64,000 nt of DNA, taken from positions 1 through 64,000 of the forward strand of contig JAVJQW010000017.1 of the NCBI GenBank assembly GCA_040218735.1, given 5' to 3'. Origin of the DNA: Deltaproteobacteria bacterium (GTDB taxonomy: Bacteria; Myxococcota; Kuafuiibacteriia; Kuafuiibacteriales; Kuafuiibacteriaceae). Of this stretch, positions 1 through 8,762 are shown in pieces (within the stretch, counting starts at the first letter, position 1; the number at the start of each line of letters is the position of its first letter). The position numbers and the translations under genes are program-made. The notes beneath the pieces were generated by a model. The model did no database searches. It saw only the letters and a list, made by a program, of their open reading frames with translations, and was not told the DNA's origin.

Positions 1-135
1 CTTCTCGACCTGGGGCCTGCTACCCGGCGCTCCGGCGCTTACCGGGACGGAACTCTCATCCGTTGGAGAGGCGTAGCCAGCGCACCGATCCGTCGACGCT
101 TGCGCGTCTCCGGATCCGTCCGCGTCACGACGCAC
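1..135 (-). mobile_element. Probable 5' end (domain I) of a group II intron, continuing past the left edge of the window
   Basis: Minus strand begins GTGCG at 135 (group II 5' consensus GUGYG), followed by a domain-I-like tract CGGATGAGAGTTCCGTCCCGGTAAG...CGCCGGGTAGCAGGCCCCAGGTCG. No credible CDS here. Recognised by memory of intron sequences, not by covariance model. Confidence 0.65.
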
Positions 136-197
136 CATGCGGGCGAAGTTAGCGGGCGACGGGACGTCGATGTGTAAGGCGAGTGTAACGGGCAGGA

Positions 198-224
198 CGC
201 GGGCCGGAAGGACTCCGGCCCGCG
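198..224 (-). terminator. GC-rich hairpin, likely terminator of the S8 protease gene
   Basis: Perfect 11-bp stem CGCGGGCCGGA-aggac-TCCGGCCCGCG, 12 nt past the stop at 237; no strong U-tract. Confidence 0.6.
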
Positions 225-236
225 CTCGTCATCGAA

Positions 237-3200
237 TCAGTGGCTCGCAGGCGTGCAGTGCGTCGTCGCGATCGCGTTGTAGTCGGTGCCGCCGTTGCTC
301 ACCGTCGCGCGCGACACGAGGCTCGCCTCGGCGCCGCAGCGGGCCGCAACCGCCTGGTACTGGAACGTCGCCGTTCCGCCGACCGACACGTTGACCTGTC
401 GATCCGCACCCACCGACGGGGCCGTTCCGACGCCCTCGAAGAACGACGAGGAGCCGACGCTACCGTCTTCGTTCTCCACACCGACCGTAATTCCGCTCGG
501 CGGGTTGGTCGTGCCGACCTGACCGTAAACGAACCAGATGTTCCCGGAGTTTCCGTTCTCCACCCAGATCTGGAACGAGTAGCGGTTCGACGTGTCCCCG
601 AACAGCGGGAGGTTGCTCCACTCGTAGACCGTGAACTGCGACGGCCCGGCGTTGAGCACCGCGACGTACCACTCGGCACCGTCGCCGTCGACGCCCATGT
701 CGAGGTCGGTCCACAGCGGCGCGAGCAGGTTGTTCGGCGTGCCGGCGTCCGGGAGCTCCTGATTCGCGGCGCTGGCCCCGATGCCACTATCGGTCCCCGC
801 CTCCAGCGTACCGTTCACCGACCAGATGACGCTCGTGTACGTCTGACCGTTGTACGTGAACGCCGGAACGTTGAGGCTCACCGCACCGTCGTCGCAGTTG
901 CTCGGGCAACCGAACGGCGCCACGCCGAGGCTCGCGAGCGGGAAGAAGCCGAACGGCGACGCCGACGGCACCGTGCTCAGACCACCTTCGTCGATCTGGC
1001 CGCTCCAGTTTACGGTGTGACTGGCGGCGTCGTACGTGAACGGGCTGCTGGTCGTGCCGCCGCTGACCATCGACGTCAGCGACGAGGGCACGATGTCTGC
1101 CTCCGGCGGAATCGCGATGCTCAGGTCCGTCGTCCCGCCCAGCTGACCGTTCGAGATCTGCATGGCGTAGCTGAGCGTGTCGCCTTCGCGCGCGCCCTGC
1201 ATGTCGACGGTGTGCTCGAGGACTCCGGGGAGCTCGGTGTTCGACGCGAACAGCGCGATCGGCATGTGCAGGTTCGGGCTCTTGTTGCCGCGCGGACGCA
1301 GGTTGAGCGTCGCGAAGTTCCAACCCGGGTTCGCGTAAAGCGTGTGCGCCGTGACGGTGATGGTGCGGGTCTGGTTCTTACCGATCGTCAGCACCTTCGG
1401 CGACACGTCGACCTTCAGGAAGCCCGGGGGCGTGTCGACGTCGAGGTCGTAGCGCCCGCCCTTCCCGACGCGACGCACGGTACGCGTCCAGGTGCAGCTC
1501 TCGATGCACTGGTTGTTCTGCATGCTCGCGATGTTGAGCGTCTTCGGATCGCCGCCCGTCTCCGGGTTCGCGGCCGTGAAGTTCGCGGGCGTCTCGTCGA
1601 GGACCAGGCCCGCGAGCTTGGCCAGACCGAGGTTGATGCGACCGGCGCCGACGTCGAACGGATCGGCCGGCGTCACGCCGTCTTCCTTCTTGTTGAACTC
1701 GGCCCGCTCGGCCGTCATCATCATCGCCGAGCGAATCTCGTACGGCGTCCAGTTGGTCGTGCGCGCGAGGAGCGCACCCGCGCCGGCGTTGTGCGGGCTC
1801 GACATCGAGGTGCCGCTCAGGAACGTGTACTCGTCGGAGGTGCTCCCCGGGAACGTCGCGTAGGGCGCGAAGATGCTCACGCCGGGCGCGCCGATGTCGG
1901 GGACCAGGATCTCGAGCGCGCTGTTCGGCCCGCGCGAGGAGAAGGACGCCATGATGTCGGCGGAGAAGGGATCGTCGACGACGCTCGTCCCGCTGATCGA
2001 CCCCATCGCGCCGGGATTCGACGCGACCCACGCCTTGAGCACATCACCGTTCGTCACGCCGACGTGCACACCGGGGAGGAAGTGCGGATCCGCGACGACC
2101 GAGTCGCCGTTGGCCGCGAGGTTCGCGAGCACGAAGCCGCCCGCGCCGCCCGCGAGGACGTTGGCCCCCTTGTCGACACGCGCGATCTCACCGCGGTCAC
2201 AGATGACGATCTCGCCGCTGAACGTTCCGGCCGGGAACGGCTCGAGGCACTGGTCGGGCGCGGTGTCGTTCGACGAACCGTTGTTGGTCGGGAAGTCACC
2301 GGCGTAGACGATCGGCGCGGGCCCGTAGGCCGCGGTCAGCCCGGCGCCGAGGATGTCCGGCAGCGGGGCGCCGTTGCTGGTCAGCGCGATGAGCGAGTTG
2401 TCGATGCGGCGCGAGTGCGTCATCGCGGCCGTCGTCGCGACCCACGGCGAGTTGTGGCCGGTCGTCGCAGCGCCCGGACCGCTGTTGCCCGCGGAGGCCG
2501 ACACGTAGACGCCAGCGGCCGTCGCGTTGAGGAAGCCGATCTCCACCGCGTCGTTGTAGGGGTCGTTGCCGCCGGAGATGGAGTAGTTGAGCGAGTGGAT
2601 CCCGTGGGGGAGCGCAGCCGCGTCGATCACGACCTGGTTGATCGCCGCCAGCAGGGCCGAGCCCGGGCAGGTGTCGATGCAGACGTCGTAGATGATCAGG
2701 TTGGCGTGCGGAGCCACGCCCGAGACGTCGCGCGTGAACGTCGTCGTCGGTGCGTCGAGGGACGCGTTGAAGACGAAGTTACCCGCGGCGGTGCCAGCGG
2801 TGTGCGTACCGTGACCGTCGGAGTCCTCCGGCGACGTGGGATCGTCCGCGCCCTGCACGAACGTCCAAGCGCCGATGAGCTTGTCGTTGCAGAACGTGGG
2901 GTCGACGACGTCGCAGTAGCTGCCCGGGACGTAGTTGCCCGAGCCGAGCGGGTTTCGGTGGTTGTAGCCGTCGCCGCCGATGTCGGCGAAGGACGGGTGA
3001 TCGTGGTTGATGCCGGTGTCGAGCACCGCGATGACCGCACGTTCACCCTTGGACTTCGGCCCGTTCGGGAAGCCGTACCAGATGCTCGGCGCGCCGATGT
3101 GGAGCGGGCCGACGTCGGTCGTGGGCTTCTCGATGCGCTCGCGGGTCACGCTTACGACGTCGTCGAGGCGACGCAGCTTCTCGGCCTCTTCGAGCGTCAG

Positions 3201-3665
3201 CTCGAGCGCCATACCATTGAAGGCGTGCCGGTAGACGAACTTCGGCTTGACCTCGCGGCCGAGCGTCGCGGCACACGCGCGCGAGAAGGCCGTCTGCTTG
3301 ACCTCGAGGAACGACGCGTACGCGACCGACGCCTTCGACTTCGTGTCGAGACGCTGCGCGCCGGTGATCTTGGGGTTCGTCGCCTTCAGACCGGGGAGTC
3401 CGCCTCGGTAAGCGGCGACCGCGGGATCGCTGAGCTGAACGATGTAGACCGCGGTGTCCGCACCCTGCTTCGATGCCTTCGCGAACGACTTGCGAGCGAC
3501 CTTCGGTCGGTGAGCGCTGTTCGGCTCAACGTCTCCGGAGATATCGGCAGCAAGCCTAGGTTGTACGTGGTTCGGTCCAACGGACACCGAACCGGACTGC
3601 GCTGTTGCGACGGATGATGCGCCGACGATGGAAACCGCCAGCGCGAAACTCGATACACGCGTCAT
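237..3665 (-). CDS. Secreted subtilisin-like S8 serine peptidase (I9 propeptide, PA domain, Fn3-like and C-terminal beta domains)
   Basis: Signal peptide; catalytic motifs VLDTG, HGTHTAGTA, SGTSMSSPH; PA insert (ICDRGEIARVDKG). Confidence 0.95.
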   Translation of the reverse strand: MTRVSSFALAVSIVGASSVATAQSGSVSVGPNHVQPRLAADISGDVEPNSAHRPKVARKSFAKASKQGADTAVYIVQLSDPAVAAYRGGLPGLKATNPKITGAQRLDTKSKASVAYASFLEVKQTAFSRACAATLGREVKPKFVYRHAFNGMALELTLEEAEKLRRLDDVVSVTRERIEKPTTDVGPLHIGAPSIWYGFPNGPKSKGERAVIAVLDTGINHDHPSFADIGGDGYNHRNPLGSGNYVPGSYCDVVDPTFCNDKLIGAWTFVQGADDPTSPEDSDGHGTHTAGTAAGNFVFNASLDAPTTTFTRDVSGVAPHANLIIYDVCIDTCPGSALLAAINQVVIDAAALPHGIHSLNYSISGGNDPYNDAVEIGFLNATAAGVYVSASAGNSGPGAATTGHNSPWVATTAAMTHSRRIDNSLIALTSNGAPLPDILGAGLTAAYGPAPIVYAGDFPTNNGSSNDTAPDQCLEPFPAGTFSGEIVICDRGEIARVDKGANVLAGGAGGFVLANLAANGDSVVADPHFLPGVHVGVTNGDVLKAWVASNPGAMGSISGTSVVDDPFSADIMASFSSRGPNSALEILVPDIGAPGVSIFAPYATFPGSTSDEYTFLSGTSMSSPHNAGAGALLARTTNWTPYEIRSAMMMTAERAEFNKKEDGVTPADPFDVGAGRINLGLAKLAGLVLDETPANFTAANPETGGDPKTLNIASMQNNQCIESCTWTRTVRRVGKGGRYDLDVDTPPGFLKVDVSPKVLTIGKNQTRTITVTAHTLYANPGWNFATLNLRPRGNKSPNLHMPIALFASNTELPGVLEHTVDMQGAREGDTLSYAMQISNGQLGGTTDLSIAIPPEADIVPSSLTSMVSGGTTSSPFTYDAASHTVNWSGQIDEGGLSTVPSASPFGFFPLASLGVAPFGCPSNCDDGAVSLNVPAFTYNGQTYTSVIWSVNGTLEAGTDSGIGASAANQELPDAGTPNNLLAPLWTDLDMGVDGDGAEWYVAVLNAGPSQFTVYEWSNLPLFGDTSNRYSFQIWVENGNSGNIWFVYGQVGTTNPPSGITVGVENEDGSVGSSSFFEGVGTAPSVGADRQVNVSVGGTATFQYQAVAARCGAEASLVSRATVSNGGTDYNAIATTHCTPASH

Positions 3666-3864
3666 CTAGACCTCAGCTTTCTTACGTCCGAACGGAACGG
3701 TCGTCCTCGACGTCCGCCCGGGTTGGGATGGGACTCCGACGTGAGTCACGCGAGCCTTGCTCTCAATTGCGACGGGAACAGTCGAGTACGAATTACGGAT
3801 ACGATCGTTCGATGAGTTCGAATGAACAGTACCGATCAGTTCGTATGTGACACGTACACCAAAC

Positions 3865-4704
3865 TCACCAACGACGTGGGTCGACGATCGACGCGTCGAC
3901 GTCCGCAAAACTCACTTCGATCTCATCGAGGAGTCGCAGTTCGAGCGTTCGACGCATCGCTGTCGCCACACCTGCAAGCTGCGCCGAAGTTTCCACACCG
4001 ACCAGTACGTACTCAGCGCGGCTCGCCTCGCGTGCGTAGGCGATAGCGAGGTCGATCACATCGACCCGGTGCGCATCCGCCAATCGTGACAAAACGCTCA
4101 CCCACCGGTCGGCGCCTTCGACGCGACCGGGCGCCGCGACGAACAAACCTTGGAGCAACGCGCTGCGCGCGAAGGTCTTCAACCCGTCGAGCGATCCCGC
4201 GGACCGCACACGACGATCGAATACATTGAATGGAAACTGAATCGAACCCACGCGTTCGAACGACCGGGCCCGAACGATCTCGTCCGGTTCGTAGACCGAC
4301 ACCCCCACCGTCTCGACGTACTCGGTCACGACGTCGAGCAGCGCATCTCCGTGTCGGAAGAGATCGGCGACGTCGTGCAGGAGCAACACGTCCGGCATAC
4401 CGAGCCGCGCGCACGACGCTTCGATTCCGCGCCGCACCTCACCGGCGTCGAGCACCGCACCGACCGCGCCGACCTTGGTGACGAGCGTGACCCCCTCGGG
4501 CCGCCCGTTCGCCGCGAACCACGCGCCGAGGCGCGCCTCGGCGTCGCCGTACGCCGGTGCCGTGTCGATCGCCCGGACGTCGTGCTCCGAGAACGCAGCA
4601 GTGAGCAGCCGGTCGACCTCCGCGTCCGAAGGTCGCCCCTGGGTGTTGGCGACGCCGTAGTCCAGCCCGAGCTGCGCGGTCCCCAGCGCGAGCTTCGATC
4701 TCAC
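3865..4704 (-). CDS. Aldo/keto reductase (sugar-nucleotide cluster type)
   Basis: KLALGTAQLGLDYG, IDTAPAYG, VTK, LLLH, GVSVY motifs; GTG start at 4704 overlaps the upstream stop (GTGA). Confidence 0.9.
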   Translation of the reverse strand: MRSKLALGTAQLGLDYGVANTQGRPSDAEVDRLLTAAFSEHDVRAIDTAPAYGDAEARLGAWFAANGRPEGVTLVTKVGAVGAVLDAGEVRRGIEASCARLGMPDVLLLHDVADLFRHGDALLDVVTEYVETVGVSVYEPDEIVRARSFERVGSIQFPFNVFDRRVRSAGSLDGLKTFARSALLQGLFVAAPGRVEGADRWVSVLSRLADAHRVDVIDLAIAYAREASRAEYVLVGVETSAQLAGVATAMRRTLELRLLDEIEVSFADVDASIVDPRRW

Positions 4705-5840
4705 GCGGGATCCTCGGGCCACGCGAAGTCCTCGACGAGGAAACCGGGGATCTGCCAGCGCCCGTCGACGCGCTTCCAGATCGTCTCGTTCCGGAAGCGC
4801 TCCACGATCGCGAAGTACGCCTCCTGCGAGATCCCCAGGTAGTCACAGAACACTCGGATGTCGTCCCAGGGGGTCTCGTCCCCCTTCGCGGCGATGCGTT
4901 GGATCGCTTCCTCCCGGGTCATCCGCCCCGCGCGGATCTCCATCGACAGCGTGTCCCACGTTCGCGTGATGCCGAACTTGTGCCACTTCGGGTGGTGGTG
5001 CACGCCGATCATGTCGTCGTCGATGTTGACGAAGTCGTAGTGCCCGACGCGCGCACCCTCCGCGCGCGAAGCAAAGCCGTGGCGCCGTGCGATCTGCACC
5101 GACCGCTGCGGGTCCCACGGAAAGTAGTGCCCCAGGAACACGACGCGGATGTCCTTCGCCGCGAGCACCTCGTCGGAGGGGAAGCGCAGCGAAGCCACCG
5201 CCTTCGCCGGGATGTCCTCGCTCACCCAGTCGTCGGCCGTCGTCCCCTCGGTCACGCCGAAGCGCGCGCGCCACTTCGCGTCCACGCGTGCGCCCATCAA
5301 CGACTCGTCGTCGCTGCCGTACTCGAACGCGGAGTTTTCGCCGTACACCACGAGCGGGATGTCGAACGCCGCCGCGACCTGCACCGGGTACGCGTAGATC
5401 GCCATGTGGCTGAGCAACCCGCTGATGCCGAATCGATCGAACGCCTTCGCGATGAAGCGCCGCTCGACCTGCGGATTCAGACGGAGCTGCACGTGGTCCA
5501 CGCCGATCGCCACGAGGTTGTCGAGGTTCTGCGTCCCGAGCGCCGTGCGGCCCGGGTACGCGTACGTCACGCACAGCGGCGTGAGCCCCTGCTCGAGGCA
5601 CGTCACCACCTGCCAGTAGCTGTCCTTGCCGCCGCTCACCGGGATGACGCAGTCGTGCCCCTTCGCCCGGCGCCGCACGTTCTCGGCGAGCACGGTGAAG
5701 TCGGCCGCGCGCGCGTCCCAGTCGATTGCCGCCTTCTTCTTTGCATTCAGACAGCCGCGGCAGACGCCGTCCGCGTCCAGGTCGACGCCGGGCCGAGTGT
5801 CCGGCAGGACGCAGCGCGAACAGTAGCGAGGCGGGCTCAT
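4701..5840 (-). CDS. N-acetyl sugar amidotransferase (PseA/WbpG family)
   Basis: YCSRCVLPDTRP...GVCRGC N-terminus, PP-loop SGGKDS, C-terminal KFG..R and MTREEA motifs; ATG at 5840. Confidence 0.9.
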   Translation of the reverse strand: MSPPRYCSRCVLPDTRPGVDLDADGVCRGCLNAKKKAAIDWDARAADFTVLAENVRRRAKGHDCVIPVSGGKDSYWQVVTCLEQGLTPLCVTYAYPGRTALGTQNLDNLVAIGVDHVQLRLNPQVERRFIAKAFDRFGISGLLSHMAIYAYPVQVAAAFDIPLVVYGENSAFEYGSDDESLMGARVDAKWRARFGVTEGTTADDWVSEDIPAKAVASLRFPSDEVLAAKDIRVVFLGHYFPWDPQRSVQIARRHGFASRAEGARVGHYDFVNIDDDMIGVHHHPKWHKFGITRTWDTLSMEIRAGRMTREEAIQRIAAKGDETPWDDIRVFCDYLGISQEAYFAIVERFRNETIWKRVDGRWQIPGFLVEDFAWPEDPA

Positions 5841-5904
5841 GCCCCACCGGTACACCGAATGGTTCGCGTTGTCCCGCGAGCGGTGTAGGGTCCCGCTCCG
5901 CGAG

Positions 5905-7227
5905 ATGAGCACCACCGAACACGTCGACGCCGTCATCATCGGGGCGAACACCCGCGGGCTCGTGAGCGCCTACGTCCTCGCGCAGCTCGGCTACCGCGCG
6001 GTCCTGATCGAGCGCACGAACCGCGTCGGCGGGGCGGACGCCTCCTTCGTCTCTGAAGGCGGCGCGCGCTTCGAGCACGGGCTGCACGTCCTCGACGAGA
6101 ACCGCTCCGAGCTCGCGACGCGCCTCTTCAAGAAGGTCGTGAACGGACGCGTGCACCGGCACCGACTGAAGCGCGGGATCGTGCTGCGGGGATCGACGAT
6201 GCCCTACGCCCCGCTCCCCGAGCAGATGCCGGAGGCGCTGCGCGCGATGCTCCCCGGCGACACGATCGTCGACGACCTCGGCGACGCACCCCCCTCGCGC
6301 GAGGCGCTGCGAGAGCACTACGGCGCGTACGCCGACTTCGTCTTCGACGAGGTGCTCCCGTCCTACCCTACGGAGTCGCGGCACCTCGCGTTCGACGTCG
6401 ACGAGTCGAAGCTGATGGCGAACATCTACCCGTGGTTCTTCCCGCGGGCGAGCCGCCCCGAGTCGGAGGACGAGTCGCGTGCCTTCCACGACAAACTCCG
6501 CGCCGGCGTCGAGCAGACGATTCTCTACCCCGAGTCCGGGGGGTTCGGCGGCTTCGCGGAGGCGTTCGCCGCTTCGCTCGAAGGCACCTCCGTCGAGCTG
6601 CTCCGCGGCGCAAAGGACGCGAACATCGAGCTCGAGCCCGGCACTCACCGCGTCCGCGCCGTGACCGCGATGGGGCGGAGGTTCGAAGCGCCGCGGTACC
6701 TGTGGGCGGGGGGGTGGCTGCAGCTCACGAACCTCCTCGGTATGGCGTGGCAGAACCCGGCGACGGACCGCATCGTGCTCGGGAGCTTCACGCTGTCCCG
6801 GGCGCCCGACGTCGAGTACGACGAGCTGCTGTTCGGCGACCCGAACCACGCGATCAATCGGCTCTACTTCCCCGCGCGGTTCCGCAAGAGCGACGAGCCG
6901 CTGATGCAGATCGAGTTTGCGTTCCCCGAGGCGGAGGCGGATCGCCCGCGCGACGCCGAGCACTGGAAGGCGTCGTGGTGGAAGAGCCTGCAGGACGTGG
7001 GCGTGGTGAAGGACGAGACGATCGCGTCGTTCGACTTCCGGAGCTTCGTCCTCCACTTCAACGCCTACGGCGCGGAGGGGCAGCCGCTGCAGGACGCGGA
7101 CCCCTCGGTGCTCGTGGACTCGAACATCCACCCGATCGTCCCGTCGCTCGCGAACCTCAACCTCAACCGCTACGTGCCGCGCGTCGTCCGCGACGTGACC
7201 GCGCTGCTCGCGGCGATGGACGACTGA
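5905..7227 (+). CDS. FAD/NAD(P)-dependent oxidoreductase (protoporphyrinogen oxidase / UDP-galactopyranose mutase-like fold)
   Basis: Variant Rossmann motif VIIGANTRGL..A, ERTNRVGG, FEHGLH, YPESGGFG. Confidence 0.75.
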   Translation: MSTTEHVDAVIIGANTRGLVSAYVLAQLGYRAVLIERTNRVGGADASFVSEGGARFEHGLHVLDENRSELATRLFKKVVNGRVHRHRLKRGIVLRGSTMPYAPLPEQMPEALRAMLPGDTIVDDLGDAPPSREALREHYGAYADFVFDEVLPSYPTESRHLAFDVDESKLMANIYPWFFPRASRPESEDESRAFHDKLRAGVEQTILYPESGGFGGFAEAFAASLEGTSVELLRGAKDANIELEPGTHRVRAVTAMGRRFEAPRYLWAGGWLQLTNLLGMAWQNPATDRIVLGSFTLSRAPDVEYDELLFGDPNHAINRLYFPARFRKSDEPLMQIEFAFPEAEADRPRDAEHWKASWWKSLQDVGVVKDETIASFDFRSFVLHFNAYGAEGQPLQDADPSVLVDSNIHPIVPSLANLNLNRYVPRVVRDVTALLAAMDD

Positions 7228-7228
7228 C

Positions 7229-8281
7229 GTGCCCACGCTCGAATCGCGGCTCGGCAACTGGGAGCTCGACCACCTCCACATGTGGAAGGACCGCGGCTTC
7301 CCGTACGTCGCGGAGCGCGTCCCGCTCATCGAGCCGACGAGCCGCATCGCGACGATCGGGAGCTGCTTTGCAACCGAGCTTGCGCGGGGCCTCGAACGCT
7401 TCGGCCTCGCGGGCGGGCAGCACCCGGCCGGGCTCTTCTACAACACGAAGTCGATCCGGCAGGAGCTGGAGCGCATCGCGGGGACGTGGTCGTCGGCCGA
7501 GCCCTACTGGCCCGTGAACGCGGGCTACGCGCACCCGTTCAAGGACGTGACGAAGCACTTCGCGACGGAGGCGGAGCTCACCGCGTGGAGCGACGCGATC
7601 GATCGCGAGGCGGACGCGCTCTTCCGATCCGCGAACGTGGTCGTGGTGACGCTGGGGCTCATCGAAACTTGGCGGAACCCGGACACGGGCAACACGTTCC
7701 GACAGATCCCCCACCCGGAAGCGTTCGGGCGAACGCCGGCCGAGTTCCACCGGCTGAGCCAGGCGACGATGCGCGAGGACCTCGAAGTGATCCGCCGCGT
7801 GGTCGTCGAAGAGCTCGGCGCGAAACTCGTCGTCACCGTCTCCCCCGTTCCGCTGGTCGCGACGATGACGGCGCTCGACGTCCAGGTCGCCAACACCGAG
7901 TCCAAGTCACGTATCCGCAGCGCCGTCTCCGAATTCGTCGAGGCGCACGACGACGTGCACTACTTCCACTCCTACGAGCTCGTCACGACCGCCGAACGCA
8001 CCGCGGACTTCATGAAGGAGGACGGCCGCCACGTGCAGCGTCGCGCCGTCGAGCTGATCCTCGCCGACTTCCTCCGGGTATTCGCGGCGCCCGGCGTGAC
8101 GGTGCCCGAGGTCGACCGCTCGTGGCTCACCGAGACCACCCAGCGGGCCTCCCCGGCCCAGATGCAGGATGCCTTGCGGAGCACGAAGCCTCCCGCGGCG
8201 AACTCCGTCCGCGCCGACGCACGCGCCCTCGCCCGCAAGGTCGCGCGCCGCGCCCGCGCACGGCTCGCCCGCTTGTGGTGA
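7229..8281 (+). CDS. GSCFA domain-containing protein (SGNH-like)
   Basis: Literal GSCFA motif, TLGLIETW, TVSPVPL, NTESKS..R, YFHSYE, DGRHV. Confidence 0.9.
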   Translation: MPTLESRLGNWELDHLHMWKDRGFPYVAERVPLIEPTSRIATIGSCFATELARGLERFGLAGGQHPAGLFYNTKSIRQELERIAGTWSSAEPYWPVNAGYAHPFKDVTKHFATEAELTAWSDAIDREADALFRSANVVVVTLGLIETWRNPDTGNTFRQIPHPEAFGRTPAEFHRLSQATMREDLEVIRRVVVEELGAKLVVTVSPVPLVATMTALDVQVANTESKSRIRSAVSEFVEAHDDVHYFHSYELVTTAERTADFMKEDGRHVQRRAVELILADFLRVFAAPGVTVPEVDRSWLTETTQRASPAQMQDALRSTKPPAANSVRADARALARKVARRARARLARLW

Positions 8282-8327
8282 CCCTGTCCCTAAACTCCTA
8301 CCCACTTCGTCCGAGATGATCTCCAAG

Positions 8328-8762
8328 ATGAAGTCAGGCTTTGTGATCGCGGCGCTCGTCGGCGCGGCCGGATTCCTCGTGACCTGGGGCTGCAGCAGCA
8401 CCCCGGACGTCGACACGACGCCCCCCGTCGGCGGCTCGCAGATCCAGGTGCTCGTGCTCGACTATCCCCACGGCTCCTACGCAACGGGCGCGCGGATCGA
8501 CGTCGAGTGCCTCAACACCGGCAACCAGGGCAACCACGAGACCGGTGAAGGCTGCAACTGCCTCCACCTGCACAGCGGCTCCGGTATCAGCATCGTCGGC
8601 AGCACCGCGACGACCGCCGACATGGCGCCGTCCGAGTGCGGACACGGCTGCCTCGTGGTGACGTCCTCCATCACGATCGATCTGTACTGCGGCGGCCTCG
8701 ACGTCGACGACCCGAACCACCCGCGCAAGGGCCTCTGCCTGCAGGCCCCCTGCGGGATGTGA
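8328..8762 (+). CDS. Small cysteine-rich lipoprotein, unknown function
   Basis: Signal peptide ending TWGC; eight further Cys including CNCLHLH and CGHGC; typical codon usage. Confidence 0.7.
   Translation: MKSGFVIAALVGAAGFLVTWGCSSTPDVDTTPPVGGSQIQVLVLDYPHGSYATGARIDVECLNTGNQGNHETGEGCNCLHLHSGSGISIVGSTATTADMAPSECGHGCLVVTSSITIDLYCGGLDVDDPNHPRKGLCLQAPCGM

Noticed and set aside
240-3617. 1125-aa plus-strand ORF
   Set aside because: Antisense shadow of the S8 protease; Arg/Val-rich with no motifs, expected from high-GC codon bias.
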